This document shows positions 45,595 to 53,491 of a DNA stretch of 64,000 nt, piece by piece. This DNA is from a virus (taxonomy: Duplodnaviria; Caudoviricetes), in IMG/VR virus record IMGVR_UViG_3300024181_000003, positions 1-64,000 of that record. One strand, written 5' to 3'. How positions within the stretch are numbered: the stretch's first letter is position 1; every line of letters begins with the position of its first letter. Both the position numbers and the translations under genes were made by a program. Under the pieces are notes generated by a model. It was not told the DNA's origin, made no database searches, and worked only from the letters and a program-made list of their open reading frames with translations.

Positions 45595-46493
45595 GCCGCC
45601 CCCAATCGAAAGCCGAGTCCGGCCTTCTTGGTGAAATCCTTGCGTGCTTCGACGTCTTCGCCGATTCGATCATACAAATCGGTGATCGACTTGTCGGCGT
45701 GCCCGGTCCAGAACTTCACTAGGCCCTCGGGCACACCGGTTTTACGGAGGCGGGTTACACGGAAACGACGCAGAGAGTGGAAGCCCGGCACGCCGACCTT
45801 GGCCAAGTGCTCGTAGGCTGTCATGCGGCGGTAGACGCCGCCGGTCTCGGACTGGAACAGGGGCTTCTGGGGCTCCGGCTGTCCAATCCATGTCTGCAGG
45901 TATTGGTTGAGTTCAGGCGACAGGTCAACGGTGCGCTTGCCAGCTGCCGTCTTGGTGCTGTTCTGTATCTCGCCCAAACTGACCGTCTTAGTGACAGAAA
46001 TTGTCATGTTTTGCTGGTCCCAGTCCTCGGACGTCAAAGCCAGCGCCTCGCCGATTCTAAGCCCGGTTCCGGCCAGCAGGGCAATCAGAGCCTTATCTTG
46101 GCCGATCGCCTCTCCTATGGCGGTCTGTATGCGATCAGGGCTAACCGTAGGGGCCTTCTGGTCCTGTATGACAGGCAAATCGATGAAGTCGTTGTTCCAC
46201 TTGCGGGGGAAGAGTTCGTTACCGTTGGCGTCCACAGCCGCTGAGACGACCGACTTGACTACAGCAACCACCCGGGAGATGGTGGCGGGTGCCAAACCCT
46301 TCCCTGCGAGTTTTGCGACGAAGGACTTGAGGACCCCGTTCTCAACCTTGGAGAGGTCGAGAGACCCGAGGTCCGGCAAAATGTGACAATCGAGAGCGTT
46401 CTGATAGGATGCAACGGTCGAGGGCTTGGCCGGGTTACGCTTGCGGCTGCCGATCTCGGCGATGAATTTCACAGACTGCTCTTGAAAGTTCAT
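45591..46493 (-). CDS. int: tyrosine recombinase/integrase
   Basis: SAM-like N-domain; R (GLRIGE), K, HSLRR, GHA, Y (DLYDR); alternative start 46508. Confidence 0.92.
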   Translation of the reverse strand: MNFQEQSVKFIAEIGSRKRNPAKPSTVASYQNALDCHILPDLGSLDLSKVENGVLKSFVAKLAGKGLAPATISRVVAVVKSVVSAAVDANGNELFPRKWNNDFIDLPVIQDQKAPTVSPDRIQTAIGEAIGQDKALIALLAGTGLRIGEALALTSEDWDQQNMTISVTKTVSLGEIQNSTKTAAGKRTVDLSPELNQYLQTWIGQPEPQKPLFQSETGGVYRRMTAYEHLAKVGVPGFHSLRRFRVTRLRKTGVPEGLVKFWTGHADKSITDLYDRIGEDVEARKDFTKKAGLGFRLGAA

Positions 46494-46514
46494 ATATGCT
46501 CCATTCATGAACCC

Positions 46515-46543
46515 ATTTTACTACGAGATCGGTTTTGTGTCAA
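46515..46543 (-). promoter_or_regulatory. integrase promoter (phage promoter family copy A)
   Basis: TTGACA-CAAAACCGATCTCGTAG-TAAAAT. Confidence 0.8.
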
Positions 46544-46651
46544 CAACTATTTCGTACCAGTACTCTCCTCGACTTCCTGTGTCCAAAAACGAACGTAGTC
46601 TGCGCCACCCCAATCGATTTCCGTTTGCGGGTAGCCGTCTCGCAACAGCGT

Positions 46652-46745
46652 GTGACGTACTCCGTCCCCTGAAAGGGACGGCTTCTCAACCCACGGCAGC
46701 ATTACTGCACCGCCGTTAACGGTTGAAGGCTCAGTCCGAGCCTGA
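46652..46745 (-). ncRNA. second, stand-alone TnpB omegaRNA scaffold (exact copy of IS right end)
   Basis: 46651-46747 identical to 46819-46915 (97 nt); three stems ending in TCAC; followed by a different guide. Confidence 0.8.
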
Positions 46746-46819
46746 GTCGTCCTGACAGAACCCTTGCCACGACGGCAGACGATTTTGCCGCCACGAAGCA
46801 AGAGCCGGGAGACGGTCTT

Positions 46820-46913
46820 GTGACGTACTCCGTCCCCTGAAAGGGACGGCTTCTCAACCCACGGCAGCATTACTGCACCGCCGTTAACGGTTGAAGGCTC
46901 AGTCCGAGCCTGA
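46820..46913 (-). ncRNA. TnpB omegaRNA (reRNA) scaffold overlapping the tnpB 3' end
   Basis: AGGCTC-GGACT-GAGCCT; TCAACC..GGTTGA; GAAG-CCGTCCC-TTTCAG-GGGACGG; ends GTCAC at the right end. Confidence 0.85.
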
Positions 46914-47970
46914 GTATTTCTAAACTGCTGGCGTGGTCTCTTGTTGTTCGCAACCCGCACGAACATTTGTGCAGCCTGTCCGAAAGTTTCTTCGGAGCCT
47001 TCTTGCCGCACTTAGGGCAACGCTGGCTGGTTCCTCGGGGGTCTACTCTCACCAGTTGGCGACCAGCGTATTCTGCTTTGTACGCCAACATGTTTAGGAA
47101 AGACGACCATCCGACATCAGCAACTGACTTCGCTAGCATTCCACTAGCAAGACCTTTGACGTTCAAATCTTCTACGGCGATGAAGCCGTTTGCGTCTACG
47201 ATTTCACGAGACAGTTTATGCTGAAAGTCTCGACGCTGGTTCACGATGTCTCGGTGAATGTTCTGTACGAACTGCACCGCTTTGCGCCAACGCTTTGAGT
47301 ACTTCTTGCGACGTGATACACGACGCTGGGCACGACGCAAACGCTTCTGTGCTGTTGCGAACCAACGGGGGTTATCTACGATTTCACCCGTTGACAACGT
47401 AGCGAATGATTCGAGTCCAACATCAATGCCGACTTGGTTCGTGTTCTCGGGCAACGGTTGTGCCGAGACTTCGCAACTGAAACATGCGTACCAGTGATTG
47501 CCCTCACGCTTGACCGAGACTGTTTTAATTTTGCCATCCACTGCACGGTGAAGTTTGATTTTGATTTCACCAACGCCTTGCACAAACAGATGCTTCTCTC
47601 GCAACTTGTTGCCGTCTCCGTGCGAGGGAAACGTGATGCTGTCATAGCGACGATGCGATTTGAACCTCGGGTAGCCAGCCTTGCCACCTTGTTTCACACG
47701 GCGAAAGAATGCCTTGAACGCTTTGTCTACACGCTTGAGCACGTCCTGCCCACAGTGACAGTTGGGCAGGTTGATGTCTCCCGCTGCTCGTACTTCCGAT
47801 AGTTGGCGGCATTGCTCGAACAGGTTGACCGACTTGCGGTGGCTACGATATGCGTCTCGACGTTCCTGCAACGCTGCGTTATACAGACGGCACGCTTCTG
47901 ACAACTGTCCACGCAGCAGTTCTTGTTGCACTGCCGTGGGGTACAGTCTGTATTTGAACGTCTTTCGCAT
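46870..47970 (-). CDS. tnpB: TnpB RNA-guided nuclease
   Basis: HTH KYRLYPT; RuvC D (GIDVG), E (AVEDL), D (TRDH); CPKC..CSC zinc finger. Confidence 0.95.
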   Translation of the reverse strand: MRKTFKYRLYPTAVQQELLRGQLSEACRLYNAALQERRDAYRSHRKSVNLFEQCRQLSEVRAAGDINLPNCHCGQDVLKRVDKAFKAFFRRVKQGGKAGYPRFKSHRRYDSITFPSHGDGNKLREKHLFVQGVGEIKIKLHRAVDGKIKTVSVKREGNHWYACFSCEVSAQPLPENTNQVGIDVGLESFATLSTGEIVDNPRWFATAQKRLRRAQRRVSRRKKYSKRWRKAVQFVQNIHRDIVNQRRDFQHKLSREIVDANGFIAVEDLNVKGLASGMLAKSVADVGWSSFLNMLAYKAEYAGRQLVRVDPRGTSQRCPKCGKKAPKKLSDRLHKCSCGLRTTRDHASSLEILRLGLSLQPLTAVQ

Positions 47971-48386
47971 TAGCGTCCTTTTTGGTTCTCAATATATTTC
48001 TTGACCGTTGCTTCTGAAACATGACCGACTGTGCCAGCGTAGTACGAACGACTCCACAAGGTTGGCATCCTCGACACCAAGTGCGGGAACTCCTGCCGAA
48101 GTATTCGGCTGCTGGCACCCTTGAGACGGTTGACGATTTCCGCTACACACCTTGTTGGGTCAGATGTGACAAACAGGTGTACGTGGTCCGGCATCACTTC
48201 CATAGTTTCGATGAGCACGCCGTACTGCTGTGCCGTGGCGTACAGGATGTGCTTGAGCCTTGTCTCCACATCACCAACGAGAACTCTGCGACGATACTTC
48301 GGGCAAAATACGATGTGATATGACAGATTGAAGACGGCTCCAGCGTTCTTGGTATAGCGACTGTCCTTCGGTTGCTGTATCTCCAT
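47970..48386 (-). CDS. tnpA: Y1 HUH transposase
   Basis: YHIVFCPKYRR, PDHVHLF, LWSRSYY; TAATG coupling to tnpB. Confidence 0.95.
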   Translation of the reverse strand: MEIQQPKDSRYTKNAGAVFNLSYHIVFCPKYRRRVLVGDVETRLKHILYATAQQYGVLIETMEVMPDHVHLFVTSDPTRCVAEIVNRLKGASSRILRQEFPHLVSRMPTLWSRSYYAGTVGHVSEATVKKYIENQKGR

Positions 48387-48562
48387 GTTAGAAGTCTGCC
48401 ATACTTCTATCCTGTTTGTCAAGTACTTTAACGCCCTCACCTGTCGCCTGAAGGCGACAGCCCGTCGGGCGATTTATTGTCGAGGTCTGTCAGATCGCAC
48501 TTGTCTGACAGCTTGCCGTAGCGCCATACAAAGCCCGGGGTTTTATCGCTCATGATCACTCC

Positions 48563-49123
48563 TTAGAACGGGATGTCGTCGAGGCCGATATCTTGGTGGC
48601 CTTGTTCGTCGATCGCCGAGTCAGGACGCTCAACTTCTTGATCTCGTCCAACCGTCCCAACCAGTACATCCTCGCCATCGGTGTAATGGCCGATTTCAGA
48701 TAGTACCGCAGACGACGCCTCCGATAACGCAGTAACGAGTTCATGATCTTCCTCTATTTCTCCCGGGCCCACAGCGTCACTTCCGGGTGCTCGTCCAGCA
48801 ATTCCTGAATCATCTTTTGAATCTCCCGGCGCATCAGGCCCAGACGGTGCTGCTCCTGTCCCAGTTGGTCCAGCCGGGTCAGTAGCCAGCTCATTTGTCT
48901 CTGCGCTTCGTGTTTGTTCATCGGATTCCTCCATCGCCTTGGCGATATCTGCTATCATTAGCGAACCCTTGTAGTGTTCGGTGACAGCGTCGATCGGCTC
49001 TTCCGGTTTCGGAATGATCGGCTGCGTCAACTCAACAAACTCGCCGTCGACAACGACTCGACGGTCCTGTCTCGGGCTACGTGCCCACTGTCTCAGCCAG
49101 CTTGGTACGTTTCGGTTTATCAT
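48563..49123 (-). CDS. hypothetical acidic protein ending DDIPF
   Basis: C-terminal LDDIPF resembles an SSB-type acidic tail. Confidence 0.55.
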   Translation of the reverse strand: MINRNVPSWLRQWARSPRQDRRVVVDGEFVELTQPIIPKPEEPIDAVTEHYKGSLMIADIAKAMEESDEQTRSAETNELATDPAGPTGTGAAPSGPDAPGDSKDDSGIAGRAPGSDAVGPGEIEEDHELVTALSEASSAVLSEIGHYTDGEDVLVGTVGRDQEVERPDSAIDEQGHQDIGLDDIPF

Positions 49124-49249
49124 TTCAGTCCTTCCTTTCGTAGCGCACTCTTGGCCACGAGTAACAGTTCAAGATAGTCGCAGGCTTCGTTGTACGTATA
49201 ATGCCCGGACAGAAAGTCATACCAGATCGCAAGTCTGATTGAGTTCAGT

Positions 49250-49471
49250 TTATCCATTGGCTCCCTCGTTGTATCCGGTGTGATGGCCTTCGTCGTAGCC
49301 TTCGTTCCAAGTCTGCTTGAGCAAATCCTGCAGAAAATACATGTGGAAACGAGCGTCCGAATCGGTCTTGCTCGTACCGATTATGTGCCCATTGACGACG
49401 AGGTCGAACGACGCCTTCTCTTTGCCGTCCCGTTCTTGCGTCGATTTGACAACTTCAAATTTGATGTCCAT
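49250..49471 (-). CDS. small protein with (E/D)G(Y/F)xx repeats
   Basis: WNEGYDEGHHTGYNEG. Confidence 0.55.
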   Translation of the reverse strand: MDIKFEVVKSTQERDGKEKASFDLVVNGHIIGTSKTDSDARFHMYFLQDLLKQTWNEGYDEGHHTGYNEGANG

Positions 49472-49866
49472 TATGCACCCCACAGCGGAAGATAATCGAG
49501 AATGCCCTCGATCTGCTTCTTGGTTGCGTAGACCGCCAAGCCGGTAATTGGCCGGATGTCACCGTAGACTTCTTTGTTCTCGTCAGCGAACGTGCTCCAA
49601 TCCAGTTTCTTCTTGATTGCCAAGCTTAGAATGTGGCCGACTTCCCGGGAGTCCCGGGCCTGCAAAACGATCGTTGTGATCTCTTGGTAGAGCGGCAACG
49701 CGAGGTGACCGTGTGGAAGCGTGGTCAAACCGGACTCGTGCCGCAGCTTGGCCGCGACATGACAGGCCTGCGCTATCTGGCGGCCCGATGGCTGGACAAC
49801 AGTCCTGCAATCACGTACCTCAACGACAGCTGGCACAACAACGTAGATGCGTTTTTCGTCAGTCAT
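49471..49866 (-). CDS. peptidyl-tRNA hydrolase type 2 (Pth2)-like protein
   Basis: IYVVV..GRQIAQACHV..TIVLQA..FADE..TGLAV..LPLW matches the Pth2 motif order. Confidence 0.75.
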   Translation of the reverse strand: MTDEKRIYVVVPAVVEVRDCRTVVQPSGRQIAQACHVAAKLRHESGLTTLPHGHLALPLYQEITTIVLQARDSREVGHILSLAIKKKLDWSTFADENKEVYGDIRPITGLAVYATKKQIEGILDYLPLWGA

Positions 49867-50035
49867 AGGTCATCATATAGGCCCCGAAGCCAATGAGAAG
49901 AAAAAACACAGAGATGGCGGAAAACAACGGAAACGTGAGCGTAAACCAACCCAGTCCGGCGATAATCGCGGAGCCGCCAACAACACACCCCAACAATATT
50001 GTATAGTTTTTGAAGAACTCGGGAAGCTTGTTCAT
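49859..50035 (-). CDS. 58-aa 2-TM protein, paralog B
   Basis: MNKLPEFFKN...AYMMTYD. Confidence 0.65.
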   Translation of the reverse strand: MNKLPEFFKNYTILLGCVVGGSAIIAGLGWFTLTFPLFSAISVFFLLIGFGAYMMTYD

Positions 50036-50208
50036 CGGAATGTCATCTCGTATGCGATAAGTGCGACTATGGCCAGAAGGAGCAACGGGAAACCGATAAA
50101 CGGGTACAAGACCGCGAACCACATGTACAGCGGCACGCCGACACACACTCCGATAAAGATGCCTAGAGTGTGGAAGAAGTTTTTGAAGAACTCAGGTAGT
50201 TTGTTCAT
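50032..50208 (-). CDS. 58-aa 2-TM protein, paralog A
   Basis: MNKLPEFFKN...AYEMTFR. Confidence 0.65.
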   Translation of the reverse strand: MNKLPEFFKNFFHTLGIFIGVCVGVPLYMWFAVLYPFIGFPLLLLAIVALIAYEMTFR

Positions 50209-50435
50209 GTGTATTGGCTCCATGACCCGACGCTTTCGTCGTAAAAGAATCCAAGTTCGTCCAGACGCTGGCCATCCTTTGTCAGTACGCCCGGGTTGCC
50301 GTCGTTGGTCGAAATCCAAATCTGATCGTGGGCTGACTCGATGAAGTACTGCGTATCCACGCCCTTTTCCATGTATCGGGCCAAGATGGTCAGGGCCTCG
50401 ATAAAGTTGGTGACCGATCTTTTTTCTCTTCTCAT
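50205..50435 (-). CDS. hypothetical protein
   Basis: Coupled ORF ending LDELGFFYDESVGSW. Confidence 0.55.
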   Translation of the reverse strand: MRREKRSVTNFIEALTILARYMEKGVDTQYFIESAHDQIWISTNDGNPGVLTKDGQRLDELGFFYDESVGSWSQYT

Positions 50436-50608
50436 TAGATGCCCCCTCTCGCAACCTTCTGCGCGTACTCGGCTGGCTTCTTACTTTCCGCCCTTGCTAC
50501 CTGCATACCTTGCCAGAATGCTGCCTGTAGCCGCTCCTGGTAGCGTTTGAAGGGCATCGTGATCGTCGCCTCGCGCACCTGCTTCGCCTTCGTTCGCTGC
50601 GGTTTCAT
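50435..50608 (-). CDS. hypothetical protein
   Basis: Coupled small ORF. Confidence 0.45.
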   Translation of the reverse strand: MKPQRTKAKQVREATITMPFKRYQERLQAAFWQGMQVARAESKKPAEYAQKVARGGI

Positions 50609-51501
50609 GGCTTCCTCCGCTCGGCGCGAGGCTTCGGGCAAACATATCCCTGTGCGTGCTTATCTCCACGATGTTCACTCCACGGAAATCCACAGCGATT
50701 ACAGTTCTCATCCGGCTCCGCCGATAGCTGTGGCCGCTCGGCGCGAGCGTGTTTTGTGCCTGCGTAAAAGGCGACCTCGCAATCTTTGTAGATGCCACCA
50801 TGACGCTGACCTTGACTAATCGTTATTAAATCCCACCACTTGTTGAAAGCATCGTGGTCAGAATCACCCATGCACTCACTATCAAGGTCTTGCAAGGGCC
50901 GCTCGGCTGGCTTCTCCGCGAGGGCGGCGAAATTCATCACGATGTAGGATTCCACCGCCCAAAGCTGCTCGGGTGTAAGCGTTAGTCGTTTTGCTTCCAG
51001 CCACTCACGCATAGGCATCGAAACTTGATTTTCTAGCGGCAAAGGCTTCTCCGCGAGTGCGGCGCGCTTTGGACAAACGTACCCTTGTGCGTGCTTGTCC
51101 CCATGATGCTCGCTCCACGGGGAACCGCAGCGGGGGCAATTCTGGTCCTCCGCTGGCGGGGCGAGCCGCTCAAGTAGCTTGCTCTTCCTGTCGTCGTTGC
51201 CGAACTCAACCATGCACTTTGGACAAATATTGTAGTCCTCCGGCGGATATGGCATCGAATCATAGTCACAGTCGGGGCAGGTCCATTTCGCTGACGGCAT
51301 GCCGTCGATCATGTGGCTGACCATCTCTTTCGCTTGCGTATAGTCAAACAGATTTGTCCCTACCGGTTCACTCTTTCTCGGATACGCCGTGTTCTCGTTG
51401 ACCACACGCTTAAAACTAATACCGCCGTCAGGATTAAAGTTTTCAGGCAATCGCCACATAAGAAAACGATTGACCATGTGTTTAATTTGTTCGTCGTTCA
51501 T
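50605..51501 (-). CDS. mosaic protein with three zinc-finger modules, two duplicated
   Basis: CPDC..CPKC; NC.RCG.PWSEH.GDKHAQGYVCPK twice. Confidence 0.6.
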   Translation of the reverse strand: MNDEQIKHMVNRFLMWRLPENFNPDGGISFKRVVNENTAYPRKSEPVGTNLFDYTQAKEMVSHMIDGMPSAKWTCPDCDYDSMPYPPEDYNICPKCMVEFGNDDRKSKLLERLAPPAEDQNCPRCGSPWSEHHGDKHAQGYVCPKRAALAEKPLPLENQVSMPMREWLEAKRLTLTPEQLWAVESYIVMNFAALAEKPAERPLQDLDSECMGDSDHDAFNKWWDLITISQGQRHGGIYKDCEVAFYAGTKHARAERPQLSAEPDENCNRCGFPWSEHRGDKHAQGYVCPKPRAERRKP

Positions 51502-51944
51502 CAGTTCCCCTCGTATCCGTCGATCAGTATGCGGCGATTCGCGCCTTGTGCGTCCACCTGCAACATGCAGGCCTGCCACTTCGGCCCATGGAAATTTATC
51601 GTCTCGTCCCACGTTTTGACGTGGCACATCTCGTGCAGCAGGCTCGTGTACGAGGTCCGCCGGACGGGCACGGTGCGCTTGTTCAGGTGTATGATGAAGT
51701 CACCGCTGGCCGTCTTGGTCGTGGATGCCATAATCTTCGGGTCTGTTTCAGCCAAGTCGATGGTGATGTCTTCCGGCAACTGGCCGCCAAAGTACGCTTG
51801 GTTCGCACCTGCGTAGAATGCTCTCAGGTCGGTGATGTTTGTGCTCCACGGCTCCATCGACGGCTTGGTCTGCCCCATCTGGGTCAGGCCGAGGTAGAGC
51901 ATGGCGGCACCGATCGTGATCAGAATCTTCCAACGCAGTTTCAT
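51501..51944 (-). CDS. membrane-anchored SprT-like zinc metalloprotease A
   Basis: MKLRWKIL anchor; N..YFGGQLP; LLHEMCH; HGPKWQ. Confidence 0.8.
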   Translation of the reverse strand: MKLRWKILITIGAAMLYLGLTQMGQTKPSMEPWSTNITDLRAFYAGANQAYFGGQLPEDITIDLAETDPKIMASTTKTASGDFIIHLNKRTVPVRRTSYTSLLHEMCHVKTWDETINFHGPKWQACMLQVDAQGANRRILIDGYEGN

Positions 51945-52159
51945 TCCTTCACCTTCCAGAGCCGGGGGTTTTTGGCGAACGTTTCGAACTGGGCGTCTGT
52001 GTTCTTTCGGTCCCACTTGATGGTGTCAATCCGATCTTTGATAGCAGCTTTCGCAATATCCGCTCGAATTGGCGCACCGTCCACACGAGCGATAACAGCA
52101 CGAAGGATGCCACGAGGTATAAGATTAAAGTCCTTTTGGTAGTAGACGTCATCATTCAT
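51941..52159 (-). CDS. hypothetical protein
   Basis: Coupled small ORF. Confidence 0.45.
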   Translation of the reverse strand: MNDDVYYQKDFNLIPRGILRAVIARVDGAPIRADIAKAAIKDRIDTIKWDRKNTDAQFETFAKNPRLWKVKE

Positions 52160-52272
52160 AGACCCGTCACTTTCCAGCCTGACAGCCAATAAAGAATCAG
52201 GCCGAAGATTGCCATCTCAATCAGGGTCGCTACTAGCCACGTCGTTGGAATTTGTCTCAGGCGTTTCATCAT
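52156..52272 (-). CDS. 38-aa single-TM peptide directly after promoter C
   Basis: MMKRLRQIPTTWLVATLIEMAIFGLILYWLSGWKVTGL; ATGA overlap with the next gene; ATG 5 nt after the -10. Confidence 0.5.
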   Translation of the reverse strand: MMKRLRQIPTTWLVATLIEMAIFGLILYWLSGWKVTGL

Positions 52273-52684
52273 GACCCATTTTACCACGGTCCTCGCCGGG
52301 TGTCAAGCCTTTTTCGAGAAAAAGACAGTACTCTTCCAGCGCTGCCAGCGCCTCTTCGAATGTCGTGAACGGCCCGTTCTCCATCTGCCAAGCCTCGTCG
52401 TAGAACCACCAAGAGCCGTCCTCGTGTTCGTGGATGGGGTTGCCCGGCTGGTCCGGGTCCGGCACGAAGTCGCAGACCGGTTTTGGCGCTGGCCGAAGCA
52501 GGTCTTCGCTGGCCAACTCGCCGACCGGCTTGACGATCTTCAACTGGCGGCCCGTGGACTCACCTCGGCGGAATACCAGCACTCGCTCGTCGTTCAGATT
52601 TTGCGGCAGGTATTCGCCGTCGTTCAAAATCACCAATGCCAAGGTGCCATCTTTGCCCGGCCCGATTACCATGTCTCCCTCCAC
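52217..52684 (-). CDS. hypothetical protein
   Basis: WWFYDEAW...GPFTTFEEA. Confidence 0.55.
   Translation of the reverse strand: MEGDMVIGPGKDGTLALVILNDGEYLPQNLNDERVLVFRRGESTGRQLKIVKPVGELASEDLLRPAPKPVCDFVPDPDQPGNPIHEHEDGSWWFYDEAWQMENGPFTTFEEALAALEEYCLFLEKGLTPGEDRGKMGHDETPETNSNDVASSDPD
52278..52306 (-). promoter_or_regulatory. phage promoter family copy C
   Basis: TTGACA-CCCGGCGAGGACCGTGG-TAAAAT. Confidence 0.75.
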
Positions 52685-52935
52685 TCGTTGTGAACGAGGT
52701 TGCCGTTGACGTACACCTGAACTTCAAAATTCGATTCGCCGCACGGTGTCTCTTCGTCTGAGAACTCGATGCCTTGTGCCTCTCCAAACATCAGCTTGCG
52801 GTTGCAGTCACACGAGCCGTTGCCCATCTCGTAGTAGAAAGCTTGGTTGTCAACGTACTCGTCCTCGACCGTGGTTCGGTAGTCAACGACCACGCCGGTT
52901 GCGAACTCTCGGATTCTGACGGTTACGGGGTTCAT
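52666..52935 (-). CDS. hypothetical protein with CDC..C motif
   Basis: GNGSCDCNR..PCG. Confidence 0.55.
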   Translation of the reverse strand: MNPVTVRIREFATGVVVDYRTTVEDEYVDNQAFYYEMGNGSCDCNRKLMFGEAQGIEFSDEETPCGESNFEVQVYVNGNLVHNEWRETW

Positions 52936-53174
52936 TTCTTCTCCAGTTTTTCGAGTTTGTCGACGAGTGCGTGAACCCAGTTCCAGCCCAGATATTCGGG
53001 GCCTAACAGTTTTATGGCTCGATCGTAGGACATGTTGATCTCTTCCCACGCCGACTTGTATGGGTCCGGCGAGTAGAATGTCAGATCATGCTCCTTGCCC
53101 TTGTTGAGCGAACAGCTTGTGTATACCGAACACCAACGTTCGCCTTGTCCACACGCCCTGCAATGACGTCCCAT
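52932..53174 (-). CDS. hypothetical protein
   Basis: GGAGG RBS; CRAC..WC..C..H. Confidence 0.5.
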   Translation of the reverse strand: MGRHCRACGQGERWCSVYTSCSLNKGKEHDLTFYSPDPYKSAWEEINMSYDRAIKLLGPEYLGWNWVHALVDKLEKLEKK

Positions 53175-53269
53175 GTTGCCTCCTGTCTAAATCGGAAACC
53201 GTGGCCGCTGGGGAGCCGGTTTGGGCTTCGGTAACTTCGTTGTGTCGATCGGTGGTTGATATACCGACG

Positions 53270-53491
53270 TCATAGGTTCTCGCCCTCGGACTTGCCGTCA
53301 GAAAAACCTTCGTCGTATCCTTCGCCGTGCCCGTCGCCGAATCCCTCATCGTAAGAGTTTCCGATCTCGTCGTTAATGAACCTCGACAGCTGTTCCGCTC
53401 CGAGATATGTTCTCGTCCGGCTGATCACCTTGCCCTCAAGTACGACCTCGAAGGTGCCGTTTGCTGCTTCCCTTACCTGTGTTCGAATCAT
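53270..53491 (-). CDS. small protein with (E/D)G(Y/F)xx repeats
   Basis: YDEGFGDGHGEGYDEGFSDG; GGAGG RBS. Confidence 0.55.
   Translation of the reverse strand: MIRTQVREAANGTFEVVLEGKVISRTRTYLGAEQLSRFINDEIGNSYDEGFGDGHGEGYDEGFSDGKSEGENL

Larger units (their letters stand above)
46820..48478 (-). mobile_element. IS200/IS605-family element (tnpA+tnpB), 1659 bp
   Basis: LE hairpin CTGTCGCC-TTCA-GGCGACAG, RE hairpin and TCAC end, no TSD, inserted 3' of CGAC. Confidence 0.92.
46547..48553 (-). pseudogene. 83-aa phage gene interrupted by the IS and by an extra omegaRNA copy
   Basis: Joining 48553-48479 + 46819-46748 + 46651-46547 (75+72+105 nt) gives an open frame MSDKTPGF...DLD|KTVSRLL...SVRT|TLLRDGY...GTK* with a GGAG RBS. 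Confidence 0.75.

Noticed and set aside
45400-46650. attP site
   Set aside because: No recognisable tRNA-matching core or arm repeats near int.
46651-46915. CRISPR array
   Set aside because: Only two 97-nt units, matching the IS right end; no cas genes.
46547-47011. 154-aa ORF with an internal repeat as a real gene
   Set aside because: It is read through the two omegaRNA copies and the tnpB end; the native gene is the 83-aa reconstruction.
46547-48553. Interrupted gene as an excisionase
   Set aside because: Position suggests it, but the reconstructed sequence lacks a convincing Xis or HTH pattern.
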